Both the position numbers and the translations under genes were made by a program. A stretch of 64,000 bases of DNA from the NCBI GenBank assembly GCA_949358305.1, contig OX442314.1, positions 28,892,001 through 28,956,000 of the forward strand, in the 5' to 3' direction. Origin of the DNA: Strigamia acuminata. Its lineage: Eukaryota. The notes beneath the pieces were generated by a model. It was given only the letters and a program-made list of their open reading frames with translations, made no database searches and was not told where the DNA came from. Shown here piece by piece: positions 39,282 to 50,855 of the stretch (its first letter is position 1; every line of letters begins with the position of its first letter).

Positions 39282-39523
39282 GCATCCAGACCAGACCAGA
39301 AGACGTGTTCCAGAGTCATCTTGACCACGCCGTCCCGATTTCAGTCACGATTCGAATTTTGTGTGCCGTGTAACCTGCAAAAGCTAACACGTGTCAAACA
39401 AACGCGAAGTTTAATTTTATTTTGTCAAAAGTAAAGTTTAGAAGTGTTTCTTGTTGAAAAGTGTATTATATTCGTCTTCTTTATAAATTAAAGAATTAAA
39501 ATCGTCAGATTTTGAATTTTTTT

Positions 39524-41005
39524 ATGGCTCAAAAACCATTGAATATGATCGATCCAAAAGGAAATAATAAGCAGACAAACTTAAATTTAAGTTCTGTACC
39601 ACTTGGCGATCAAACAGAAAAGATTCCCGATCATTTTACTCTGTATTGTAATCGTCATGGACTGGATAAAACCAAGTTTAAAAATATAATCGAAGCTTCA
39701 GACTATGTAAAAGCTAGGAACTGGCGAGATCGTACCCAATCTCAATCTTCACATCAAGATCCAGTACGGAATCCACAAACATACAGCCGAAACTTAGTGA
39801 ATCAAGATTCTCATACTATGTTTCAAACATCCAGTAGGGGATCTAAGTTAGAAAAGTTTAAACCACCTAATTCGGTAGATAAGGGGGAAGAGAATTATAA
39901 ACCTAATAATTCTCGTCCAGAGAGTTCGTTAACTAACCAGTCGGTTGTTCAGAACAAATTAAAACTCGTTTACAATCGAGATCAGCTAATTTCAGTTCGA
40001 TATGCTAATCCAGCTGAAGCACAACGATATGTGGCTAGCCTTAATCTGTCGATTAACCTACCGCTATCAAAAGAATTGGGAACCGTAAACAAAAGTTTTG
40101 GGCCACCAATATCAACGCAAAGGAAAGATATTCGGACTCCAAACAAACATTTGCAGTCAAATAACGTACAACAACGTGCCCGATCGCCGATCACAAACTC
40201 ATGTTTGCGGACGTATGATTTGTCTACCAAGAAGAGTCCCCAGCCAAGACAATTCTACCTAACGCCCATTTCAAATCGAAAAAAGGTCAAGCAAACTTTT
40301 CCCTTGAAAAAGTATTACCAACACGATAATGAGAATGATTTTAAACCTAAAAAAGAAAGTTTTTTGACTAACCCACGGGAGATCCGGTATCAATTCGAAC
40401 AGTATTGTAAACAATACCAGTTAAATTCAGCTGAATTTAAAAATATAAACGAAGCGCAACAATTCGTATTTCGAAATCAATACCGTAACCAACGACTAAA
40501 ACCCGTCCCAGTCGTCAATCTGACGGAGATACAACAATTTGCGTCTGGAAAGCAACCCTGCAATATCCAGAATAATTCATCTCAACGAGAGGAATTAAGA
40601 ACTTCAAAAAAGCGTTTTCGGTCACCAAGTCCAGCTGGTGATGAAGAAACTTCAAGTACAAACCAACATGTTCAAAAACTGACTGAAAACCCAGGTTTCC
40701 AATCATCAGTTCCACGACTTAGAGTCAAATATAGATCCCCTCGTTTGTTGCGGGATTTCACAATTCCAAATATGGGTCCTTTCCACGTATGGTTTTCCAA
40801 TGAGGGTCCCATTCATGTATGGTTTTCCAGAGATGACCTAAAACAAAAAGTTGGGTCGTCACGGTCATTTACACTGCCAAGTGAGTACACTGTGTGTAAC
40901 TGCCCAAAGAAAAAACGTCGAAAGAAATCAGTACAGCAGGCTGAGAGATCTCGGAAATTTGCAAATATGCGAGCTCAATATTTAGCAAAGAATCATGTTG
41001 ATTAA
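39524..41005 (+). CDS. Orphan 493-aa basic protein carried by element C
   Basis: Only long ORF in an AT-rich interior; duplicated F..YC....L....FKNI.EA...V motif; C-terminal PKKKRRKK. Confidence 0.75.
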   Translation: MAQKPLNMIDPKGNNKQTNLNLSSVPLGDQTEKIPDHFTLYCNRHGLDKTKFKNIIEASDYVKARNWRDRTQSQSSHQDPVRNPQTYSRNLVNQDSHTMFQTSSRGSKLEKFKPPNSVDKGEENYKPNNSRPESSLTNQSVVQNKLKLVYNRDQLISVRYANPAEAQRYVASLNLSINLPLSKELGTVNKSFGPPISTQRKDIRTPNKHLQSNNVQQRARSPITNSCLRTYDLSTKKSPQPRQFYLTPISNRKKVKQTFPLKKYYQHDNENDFKPKKESFLTNPREIRYQFEQYCKQYQLNSAEFKNINEAQQFVFRNQYRNQRLKPVPVVNLTEIQQFASGKQPCNIQNNSSQREELRTSKKRFRSPSPAGDEETSSTNQHVQKLTENPGFQSSVPRLRVKYRSPRLLRDFTIPNMGPFHVWFSNEGPIHVWFSRDDLKQKVGSSRSFTLPSEYTVCNCPKKKRRKKSVQQAERSRKFANMRAQYLAKNHVD

Positions 41006-41599
41006 CATGATATGATACACAAAGATTCCCCGATTATAGTGTAAACAGAAAATCCTCTTCTAAAAATCATGACCTCTCTTCTAAAGAAAAGGGGGACAAA
41101 ATATAAAAGTTAGAATTAACAAAATTTTGAAAAGTAATGCTACATTATTAAGACAACTAGTTTAATTAAATTAGTCAATTGTACGAAGAATACCAAGTGA
41201 CTCCGGTCATGACAATTAAGGGGGACAATTATGATTTCTTAATTGTCAACTCTTATCATCTAAAAGCTATTTATTGTATATTTATAGCGATACATCTGAC
41301 TAGGCATATGAAATAAATATTTTGTGATAACACAAATGATGATTTTATGTATGACGAAAGTTTCTTCAAAAAGAAGACTTGGAAATAAATTCTGGACTTG
41401 AATTTAGGCTATTAGAAAAGATTATTTCGGCAGAAAATCAGAACTTAGATAATTCAAGTTAGTTTATGTAAGCTCAAATTCGAAATTGGAAGTCACGGTA
41501 TCTCCAAGATACATCAAGTCCGAAAATAGCATTTATGCTAATTAGGAGAATAACGAAAACTCTATAAAATTTTATATAATTGTGTTATTAAGGGGGATG

Positions 41600-43502
41600 T
41601 GTGACGGTTTACAATGGCTATAAATGCCTATTTTCTTAGAAAGAAGCGCTGTTGCGCCATTATCATGATATCTCGAAGATATTCTGTGTAAAACTGATAA
41701 ATGTCTGGAATAAAGTTATTTATGATGTTTCAAATACAAAGATGTTCGTTTATTAAGAATAAACACTCATTCCTACTTGATATCAAAGGATTCCGGCCGA
41801 ATCACGAAGAGTCGTCTGCTAAAACCGCATTTGTCAATGCGCAATGTTGCCACAAGATGGCGCGATTACGATTTAGCGGCAAATTCAAGATATGAATATA
41901 AAACATGTAAATAAATATAAAACTATATTTACTAGAATGAAACGAAGCTTTGTGAACATTAATATAAAGATATATTAATGTCTTGTGATGTTAAATACAA
42001 TGTAACTTCCATTTTCTGCGGGACAGGACATTTGGTGATCAATCGATCAACCAATAGATCTGATTGGTGGATCCATTTCCGGTCCTGGGTATCCAGTTCC
42101 GGTTGTGGTGAGAATTAGCACATTGTTCCTCCGTATCCACTTCCGGTGATACGGGATTGGAGGGATTCGTGGAACCCATGTTCCAATTGGATAACTGGAT
42201 TAATCCTTAATCCAGTCAGGTTATATAAACCCAAACAACCGGCCATTCTGCAGCTCTGTTTGATTATTTTCTGTTTGGTATTGTTACTTAAGAAATATGA
42301 TTCGTTGTTCACGTAAAAAAACCTTTTGGTTCTTTGTTGATTTATTCACAAAGAACCGTTGCATGATTCTACAGAATCATGCCACCGCCGGCAATTGAAG
42401 TCGAAGTGCTGGGATTATTATGTTGCATAAATGTTACAGTCTACGGTTGCGACGCCGAAGGAGAACCCGCCGTTGTGCAATTCAGTATCCTCCGGACAGG
42501 ACCAAGTTGTCTTTTTCGGTATGAACGTATTCCGTTACCACGAGTAGCATCGGTATTGTTGAGAATCGGTTCCTTCACCTGATGGTGCCAAAGCAGTCTG
42601 TTTTACAGTAACCACGAGTAGCACCAAGTGTTTGGCAAGCTGATTCTCATGGTATTCGATGCCAAAGCAGTCGGTCTATTATTAGTACCGCGAGAGATAA
42701 AACTGCTGTGCGGAGCCGCGAGCTATCGACCCCTGTGTACGTGGTACCGTCAACCACTCGATGGACGACCGTGCTGCGACGCCGGGGACGCTTGATACCG
42801 TTCTGCATGGCAAGGCGTATATTCTAATCGATGGCAATTGTGTGTTGCGACGGGAAGCTTAATCTTCATTTTATTTATAACAGCAAAACTTAAACTCGAC
42901 AACCAGTTGGACCAAAATCAAGTCAGAAGACTTAATCTCATATTGAACTCAATATAACCGATAAGTTGACGACAACTTATTCCCGAAATATCTAAATAAG
43001 AATTCACAACGATATGAATTAAATATAATTCATAAGTGGAATATTGATAAGTAAATGAATACATTTACTTACACCAATATCCTCCCAAAGTTGTGGCGGT
43101 GCAGACAAAGTCAACCGCAATGCTCAGATCATTCGATTTATCGACGTGCGATAGTTTACACAGCGAACCAAGGAAACCAGCGAAGCCGTATCGGACTCCA
43201 GGACACAGCCATCCGGCTTAAGATGACATCTATAATCAGGTCGAGCGATGGGGAAACCGCTCCCATATTCCAGACCCGTAGTGATATTATTCTAGGGCCA
43301 GTTGGCCAATTCTTTGTATAGTTTAATAGCTGATTTAACTTGCCAAATGTCGGCATTAGTCCTATGTATAATTTAGCCTTGATATTATTGTTTACCAACA
43401 ATAAACTGTCTTGTATTTATCTCGTATTGTATTCACTGTTTATTTATTGCGATCTCTTCCCGGTACCATTGTTAAATGGGAGTTGTGGTCGTCACCGTCA
43501 CA
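41600..43502 (+). repeat. Element C 3' LTR
   Basis: Direct repeat of 33859-35761. Confidence 0.95.
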
Positions 43503-43600
43503 AATCTGAGTATTTAAAAATTTATCTAAAATTTGAGATGGTGTTAGTTTGTTTTCCGAGGCGGTAGGCGTCGCATCCACTAGACCGTCTGGATGCGCGC

Positions 43601-46498
43601 TTACAAGTTTTTTAGAAGTTCGCCGATTGATTTCATCGATTTCTCGAACTCTTCCAAAATCTTGTCTTTGCTCGATTTCCTATCAGGACATTCTTTAGCC
43701 CAATGTTCCAATTTTTTACAAATGTTACACGGATCAGTAGCAGGCGATTTAGCGACTTTTGGCGAAGGCGAACTTGAACGTTTGGCTTCATCCTTTTTAG
43801 GGGTCGGCGACTTCAATCTACTGAGTGCGTCTGTTTTTGGTGAACCAAAAGTAACGTTTTTAGGCGCCATCTTTGGTCCAAATTTTCTTGCTACTGCGTT
43901 ATTACGGGCTAATAATGCAGCTGCAGCTTCACTTTCTGGCTCCGAGTCAGATTTCTCTGGTTCAGAAGCAGTTTCCATTTCAGTCACTTCGGCTAAGTGA
44001 GCTTTAGGGGTTGGATGTGGATTTTTTCCATCCGATCCCTTTTTCAATTCCTTAGCAGTTTCTGCCAAAAAATCTCCTCGTTTTGGGGGTTGTAAAAGAG
44101 GGGTATTAGCAAAACGTGTATCTTTAGCTAATTCCTTTCTCCTTTGCTGGCGCTTAGCGTACGCAACCTTTTCATCAGCTGGTAAGTAAGCTTTATAATT
44201 TTTGTCAATCCTTATCTGATTGGCTCGCATAAATTTGGCTAATTCAGCGAAACCACCCGGATAAGGTGCTCGTACAGAAAGTAGAACATTTTTCGAATAA
44301 TCGGTCAATCCACGACGGAATTGACGATCAATGGCTGCGTCTCCCATCGTATAAGGGAGAGTTACCAATAAATCTTCAGTCCTTCTTAAATAAGAGCGAA
44401 GACTTTCGCCTTTATTTTGAGAAAGATTATCCCACATTTGTAATAAGTCTTCACTTGACTCTCCATACTCAGTCATGAATTCTTCTACAAAGTGGTTCCA
44501 ATTTTGAAATTGTTTAGAATAAAACCATTTCTCAGCTCGGTCTATAAGAGCTTTTGGTACTACTCTTTTCAAAGCAGTGTGACAGGCAATGCCATTCAAC
44601 CTTGAAATTCGCAAAACTTCGTCTAAAAGAGTGGATCCAGCTTCCCATTCTCCATCGAATAAAGCGGGTTTAATGTGATCCCATCTAATAGTTCTTTCAT
44701 CAACTAGATCGTGAGTCCAGTTGTTGGCAGTGTATTGTGCAATTTTCTGTCGTAATGCAATGTCAGCATTATCGGCAGTAGCGTCAGATCGATCAGCAGA
44801 TCGTCGATCAGCTAATAATCGATCAATTTCTTCAGCAGTGTAATAATGTGTATTACGCCGAGAAGAATGGCCTCGATGTCGACGTCGATGAGATCGATGT
44901 CGATTATCGCGTTCTTGTTGCGCATTCACGTCAGAATCCGACCTTGAATCAGATTGTGAATTTGAAGGCGTGTTGAAATGTGGTGTTTCAGGTGGGTCGG
45001 GTGGGTCGCCGTCACCATTGTCTGGCGGTCGGCGTCCACCTCCAGGTGGTCCATCTCCATGTCCATCTGGATTTCCTCCATCTGTTGGATTTCTTCTATA
45101 CTGACCCCCACCTGGCGGGCTTTCATGTCCGTCGGGCGGTTCGCGCGCTGGATTCGTGTCTCGTCGACTTCTTTTCGACGAATCTTGTTGTTGAACTAGT
45201 GGTATCGTTCGAGCAACATGAATACCAGTTTCATGTTGCCTATTTCGGTCGTCTACCATTCCCAACAGTCGGTCACTGTTGTGAAAGATAGGATTTCTAT
45301 TACCAGGGAGCGGATTGTGATCAGCTCTCCTTTCTTCAGAATCTGAGGGACGTTTTCTTTTTGAGCGATGGCGACGACGCGAACGTTGGTCGTCATCACT
45401 CGACAATCCAGATTGGCTACTTAACTCTGAAACAACTGAAATTGTTATTGTTTCGGGAGTTAAAATAGGAATAGTTGGCGCAGCCATTTCTGGTTGCACC
45501 AATTGGTCAGTATAATTTCTTGCTTGCAGACGATCTTTCATTTCTGCAAGCTCTTCTTGTGCACGTAACAAATCAGCTCTGAGAATTTCATTCTCTCTTA
45601 GTTGATTGTCCGCTTCTACAGGTGGTGATTGGTCAGTAGGGTAGCTTAACTTGACTTTTCCGCTCGTACTGGGTTGATCCAGCGAGTGGAAAATCTCGTC
45701 TTCGCGCCTTGCTATTCGACTTTCGCGAGTACGCTGTGTTTTAGCTCGTGTGTCTAATTCAGCAGCATATCTCACTAATTGATTGTGATTGCGTTGGTAG
45801 TGATCTGCCAAATCAATCAATTCTTTGTTTTTCAGTTCCAACTTACTTTTGGTAAGTTCGAGCTGTTTTCGCGCCTCTTGGTGTGAGCGAATTGAAAGTT
45901 CATTTCTAACGTTCATTTTAGAAAGATCTTCCACTTCACTTTTTAGTCGGTATTCCCTAGCTTTTTGGGCTAGAAATTCTTCATTTTGTCGAGTGAGTTC
46001 CATGTGTTGGAGCTCAACCTCTGCTTTTTGTTGTTGAAGGTCTGCTTCTTTCCGTTCCATTTCAAATTTTAAATTTGAAACAGCACGTTCAGTGTGTATT
46101 CGTATCATGGCGCGATGAATCTCTTCCACCGTCATGTCGTCCGTTATTTGGGCGCCATCCTGGCGTGCTTGATTTCTCAAAGCATCCAGCATGGTCATGC
46201 GAGGAGGTGATTCGTGAGACGATTCACTTTCCATTTCTCGTAATGTATTTTCCACTTCCTCCAGTGAAAGTGGCGGGAGTTCTTGGTCGTTGGAACTCGC
46301 ACTCGACGCGCTCAGGGCTCGAGCAACTTCATTTTCAGCATCCTTAAGTTGTTTCGGATCTGGAACTGGTGTTATTTCCTCGCAAATAATTTTCTCCACA
46401 AGCCTTTCAGGCTCGAGAGCCGGCAAAACCGTCGCTGCTCGTTTCTGAGTGCTTGGTCGACCTCGCTGTCGTTTCACAATTTGCATTGGCGTCGCCAT
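43601..46498 (-). CDS. gag: Element A Gag, 965 aa
   Basis: Follows the PBS; coiled-coil-like and Arg/Ser-rich N half; CNICKKLEHWAKEC knuckle; A-AAA-AAC slippery site at 43613-43607 just before the stop. Confidence 0.9.
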   Translation of the reverse strand: MATPMQIVKRQRGRPSTQKRAATVLPALEPERLVEKIICEEITPVPDPKQLKDAENEVARALSASSASSNDQELPPLSLEEVENTLREMESESSHESPPRMTMLDALRNQARQDGAQITDDMTVEEIHRAMIRIHTERAVSNLKFEMERKEADLQQQKAEVELQHMELTRQNEEFLAQKAREYRLKSEVEDLSKMNVRNELSIRSHQEARKQLELTKSKLELKNKELIDLADHYQRNHNQLVRYAAELDTRAKTQRTRESRIARREDEIFHSLDQPSTSGKVKLSYPTDQSPPVEADNQLRENEILRADLLRAQEELAEMKDRLQARNYTDQLVQPEMAAPTIPILTPETITISVVSELSSQSGLSSDDDQRSRRRHRSKRKRPSDSEERRADHNPLPGNRNPIFHNSDRLLGMVDDRNRQHETGIHVARTIPLVQQQDSSKRSRRDTNPAREPPDGHESPPGGGQYRRNPTDGGNPDGHGDGPPGGGRRPPDNGDGDPPDPPETPHFNTPSNSQSDSRSDSDVNAQQERDNRHRSHRRRHRGHSSRRNTHYYTAEEIDRLLADRRSADRSDATADNADIALRQKIAQYTANNWTHDLVDERTIRWDHIKPALFDGEWEAGSTLLDEVLRISRLNGIACHTALKRVVPKALIDRAEKWFYSKQFQNWNHFVEEFMTEYGESSEDLLQMWDNLSQNKGESLRSYLRRTEDLLVTLPYTMGDAAIDRQFRRGLTDYSKNVLLSVRAPYPGGFAELAKFMRANQIRIDKNYKAYLPADEKVAYAKRQQRRKELAKDTRFANTPLLQPPKRGDFLAETAKELKKGSDGKNPHPTPKAHLAEVTEMETASEPEKSDSEPESEAAAALLARNNAVARKFGPKMAPKNVTFGSPKTDALSRLKSPTPKKDEAKRSSSPSPKVAKSPATDPCNICKKLEHWAKECPDRKSSKDKILEEFEKSMKSIGELLKNL

Positions 46499-46570
46499 TT
46501 TGTCAAATTGAGAAAGAACAATGGAAATAAAGGATCTTTTTGCAAAAATCGGATTTTAACAATCAAAACT

Positions 46571-46588
46571 ATCCTGGACGGGCCCCCA
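46571..46588 (-). promoter_or_regulatory. Primer-binding site of A, tRNA-Pro-like
   Basis: TGGGGGCCCGTCCAGGAT, 2 nt inside the 5' LTR. Confidence 0.8.
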
Positions 46589-46590
46589 AG

Positions 46591-47663
46591 TGCGGCAATC
46601 CGGGTTTTTACTTAATAAATCGAGAAGACTTATCAAGCAATCGTCGTAGAGATGCCGTACAGGACTTCTACTCTGTGGCCAAATGTTTGTCTAGGGGAAT
46701 GATTTTACACAGAGTAAAGGAAAAATTAGATAGTTTTAATTAGTTCAAAAATATACAGGAGATATATGCAAAATAATAATGTTTGGGGTCGATCTGGCTT
46801 CTTCTTCACCAATATAAACTCACAGTTGACCGTTGGCTCCAAGATGGCGTCGACGGCGTCGTGTGAGCGCGGAATTTTAGCGGAGTAAACTCAACGCTAA
46901 AATACGCCTCTAAATATACTAAAATCCTCGCGGAGCAAGCTCAACACGAGAATACGTCATGCACACAGCGGTTCGATTATTACGGAGCAAGCTCGACGTA
47001 ACAATCGGTCTTCACACAGATCGCTTTGTGAAGTTAAACTCGACACAAAGCCTTCAAATTGACAGAGCAAGCTCAATGTCAATTTACACACAGAAATGGC
47101 TTAAATTACGCGTAGTAATTCAAGCTAGAAAGTTGCTATTCCGTACAGTGGGTACAGACCAGCGATGAAACTCAATTCGTCCAAGAATCACAGATCACAC
47201 TTTGCAGTTTTGGCAGAAGTTTGACACGGTTGTGAACAGTTTGGAGGTGGAATCAAGAGTGCGGGAAGAGTGGGCCAAAACCGTTTGGCTCACTCCAAAA
47301 TCTGCTCAGTAAAGCTGCGCAGATGACGAGTTGCACAAAGATCACACACGGCCGCCTTCGGGTCGTGTGCAACAATTGAGCCGGGCACGCGCGAGGGGAA
47401 GGGATGCTCCGCCCAGGCACACGCCTAGCAGCATCATCAAAGCAATGCACGCTGCAGCATGATTGGTTGACGCTGTTGCCGGGCCAAAACTTGCTGCAAA
47501 ACACAATATTATTTGGGTAATATGGTGTCTTGTTTTATATTTGATTAAGATATATTTTATTTCAATTTACATTGAAACAAAACATATAAACTTGTTGAAT
47601 ATGTTTCTAAGACAATTTGGAAATATGGTGCGCACTCAAATAGGAATATTTGAGGTCACCACA
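46591..47663 (-). repeat. Element A 5' LTR
   Basis: Uninterrupted copy; contains the empty site gagcaAGCTcaatg where B sits in the other LTR. Confidence 0.95.
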
Positions 47664-48002
47664 GACTTTTAGCCAATAAGTAAGGGCTTCTATCTATCTC
47701 AATCAGGGTCGTTTTATCCAATTCGACATCGTCATGCTTATCTCGACGCACAATCAATTTTACAAAGAAATAATAAAATATTTATTGAGTTTGTATCAGT
47801 ACTTTCTTTCGCAGTAAACAAACCGGAGAGAACATCAATATTCCACGTGTCTCTTCTGGTGAGGTATGTTCTTCGACTTTTATTCCTCGCTCTCTAAAAT
47901 TTCACTTTCACAACTTTCCAACTTATTACCTATCTAGTTCAATGCCCGCTTTCAAATTTGAGAAGAATTTACGTTACCAGTAGCACGGTGTAAATATCAG
48001 TG

Positions 48003-50855
48003 ATGATGGGCAACATTTGGAACTCTGTCCAAATCAGCAATGCACAAAGACCAGCGATGTAAGTAGCAACGCGAAATTAGCTGCCAATTGAATAACGACA
48101 TAACAGAATAGCTGTTAAGTAAAATACCGAGTGGCCCATACAAAACAGACCCGACAATGCCGGTTTTATTAGAGCAACCCAGTGCATGGAGCCAGAGCTG
48201 GACTGGATAGAAATTTAGTACCGGGAAATCTGTCTGGGTCGGGCTACAGGGACAGGCAACGGTAAGCCAGGGACGGACGACCGTCACATTTGGAACTCTC
48301 CTAAACAATCCTAAACCACATGATCCAGAACCAACAAAGTCTATTGAACCAACAACTCGATGACACAATGTGGCACACAATGTCCCCACTAGTACCTACT
48401 CGATTAGAAATCATGATAAAATACATTATTAAAACCAGCTATTACTGTATACTGTATATTAATAAATTTCGTTGTATTTGTCATGTGATACATTAATGAT
48501 TACGATCAGGGGTCTTTATACTTTTCAGCACCCTGGGCTAATAAAACTCAGGCGCCCCTTGCCCAGCACTTTTCTGTGCCCGGCGTCCTTCTGTGCCCAT
48601 TGAGCCCCTGTGCCCGGCGCCCCCCTGTGCCCGGCGCCCCTGGTAAAGGTGGGCCTGATTACGATGTACAGATTAGTTCAGTATAACTACTGCACAGTAA
48701 AATGTTTGAGAAACATTTTATTGCACACGTTTGCTCTCAATTTCACATCTTACCTTTGAATTTATTATTTGTTGACACAAGCTGTAAGTCAAAAACTTAT
48801 TTTCCATTCCTGAAAATATTTGCCAGTATGCTTGCAAGTAAAATGGATTCATTATCGAAAACTATTTATTCGCAGATGCTACATGAGAAGACAAGTCAGA
48901 CCCAGACGAGTCAGATATGAAAAACAACCTGTTAAAAAACTTCAAACTGATTTTTTGGGATTGAGCAAATTGTGTGATCAATCACACAGCGGATTTTTCA
49001 AATTGGTTTGGTTTCAACTTGTCGTGGCTTGTTTCACTGGTTGTTTGTTCCAAATTTACACACGTGTGAGCGTTTACCTTGATGGGGCAATTACGCAGGA
49101 AGTAGAATTCCGACCACAAACATCTTTTTCATTTCCTTCGATCGCTATATGCAATATGCATATATATTATCTAATGAGTCATATACGAAATCAACCAAAC
49201 ACAATAAACAATAAGACACGTAACTTAATCAACAGCGATGTCGACGATTTATGGACTAAATTAGGTAGAATAAATCTCGACCGCCTTTGCGCCGTAAGTA
49301 AAAATAAAGGCATTTTCATTTAACTAAGTGTTGGCATTGCGATGGTCAAAATCAAAATCAGTAACAGTTTAAACTAATTATTTATATCCTCAGAGCACAC
49401 CATACTTTGACGGATGTGGTAAACAACTTTTTAAGATAATGACAGTAAACCCTGTTACTACAGTTGTTGGAAACTGTATGATGTTTAATCTGAGTAATAC
49501 CAAAATGAAATCACATTCTTGTGAATGTTATTGTGACAAAGTTTCTACAGGCTATACTCTTTCCGCACTCAAGAAGAGCCCTGGAATCTTGGCTCCCATT
49601 GGCCAAGCCATATCACTTATGTAGTGATACATAAAAAAAGACCCAAAACACCAGAAATGCATTATAGGGAACAACTTTTCCTTGTAGTAGAACTTCAACT
49701 ATAACTATATACAGTTCTGAGTAATCAGACTAGGCATTGGCCAGCTTCCAGGGCTCTTCTTGAGTGCGGAAAGAGTATAGTTAGTGTATTTCATGTGTAT
49801 TGCCCGAAATAATCGCCACGTAGACTGCATCCACTCTTCGATCAATAAGACCGATACCAAAATATTTTCACCCTAACTCTGGCCAACGATCCTGTAGCAA
49901 CCTGTTTGCAATAACGTTTATAGAGTAGTCAGTAATTCGATTGTATAGCAATTATACGATTGCAGATGAGAAAATGGAGTACAAAGGTCCATTCACTTAT
50001 CTTAGTTTGGACTGGAAAACCGTTGAGACTCCCTATTATATGCCATGTGTATATGTAAGGTTATACATACGAGGAAAACAAGAAAAGGAAAATGTGTAAA
50101 AAATGCTACGGTTTCTTTCAGTTTTCTCTCCACAGCGATACTTTCCGGCATGTCTATGACGGCCTTGTAGTATCTGAAGAAGTCGATGTTAATTTTCAAA
50201 CAGAATACCGAATATTTGAAAAAGAGGTGCAGTAACACAATTTTAAAAAAAAATGAATGCTTTCCAATATGAATCCAATTATTAGTTTAAGAATTTGAAT
50301 TTACCTCGCAATCCCTGTGCACCGGCGGAAGAAGTTACAATCTGCATAACTAATTGCTTTGACAAATTATTAGAAAAGAAGTTAACTTGTAGGTAAGATT
50401 CCAATGCATAAGGTTAGAACTGTTTCATCCGGATGTGTATGTAATCTCTCACTTTCTTTGTCAGATTACCATTTTTCAATTCCACGCTACCGCGCTGCAC
50501 CAGTTTTAATGAAATTAAGAAAGGATTTTGGGTTGGTTGGAAAGCAGCAATCTACATGGTCGATAATGTTAAACCTTGTCAGTGTAAACGTAAATGTAAC
50601 GAGATCAAATACACGTTGAATAAGGAAACGCAGAAAAAAAATGATAATTTAAACAAAACAAGGTTGTTTTTCCGTTTTTCAGCGGAAACACACGAAACGA
50701 TTATAGAGCGACAAATGTTCTCGCTTTCAGCCTTGTTCAGTGAAATTGGTGGAACGCTCGGTCTATACCTTGGCATCAGCATTTTCACAATTGTTGATCT
50801 CATTAGCTTTCTTGCCAGACTTTCAATTTCCAAGTTCAAACGCTTTTTTAAATGA
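48003..50855 (+). CDS. DEG/ENaC subunit, copy 2, 421 aa; exons 48003-48058, 48876-49293, 49394-49493, 49966-50054, 50122-50226, 50286-50392, 50465-50855
   Basis: Same motifs as copy 1; all introns GT-AG and phase-compatible; first exon MMGNIWNSVQISNAQRPA conserved in copies 3 and 4. Confidence 0.9.
48507..48657. mobile_element. hAT-like MITE in intron 1 of ENaC copy 2
   Basis: 8-bp TSD ATTACGAT, CAGG..CCTG ends, internal ctgtgcccggcg repeats; absent at the paralogous sites of copies 1 and 4. Confidence 0.8.
49555..49777. mobile_element. Tc1/mariner-type MITE in intron 3 of ENaC copy 2
   Basis: 32-bp perfect TIR tactctttccgcactcaagaagagccctggaa, TA TSD; empty site caggcTAgttag in copy 4. Confidence 0.9.

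Larger units (their letters stand above)
33859..43502 (+). mobile_element. Non-autonomous LTR element C (LARD-like)
   Basis: 1903-bp TGTGACGG..CCGTCACA LTRs, TSD AATC, tRNA-Gln PBS, PPT at 41590-41599, no recognisable gag/pol. Confidence 0.92.
11921..47663 (-). mobile_element. Gypsy/Ty3 LTR retrotransposon A (outer element, hosts B and C)
   Basis: 1073-bp TG..CA LTRs, 4-bp TSD GACT (11917-11920 and 47664-47667), PBS, PPT, gag, PR-RT-RH-IN pol, degraded third gene. Confidence 0.95.
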
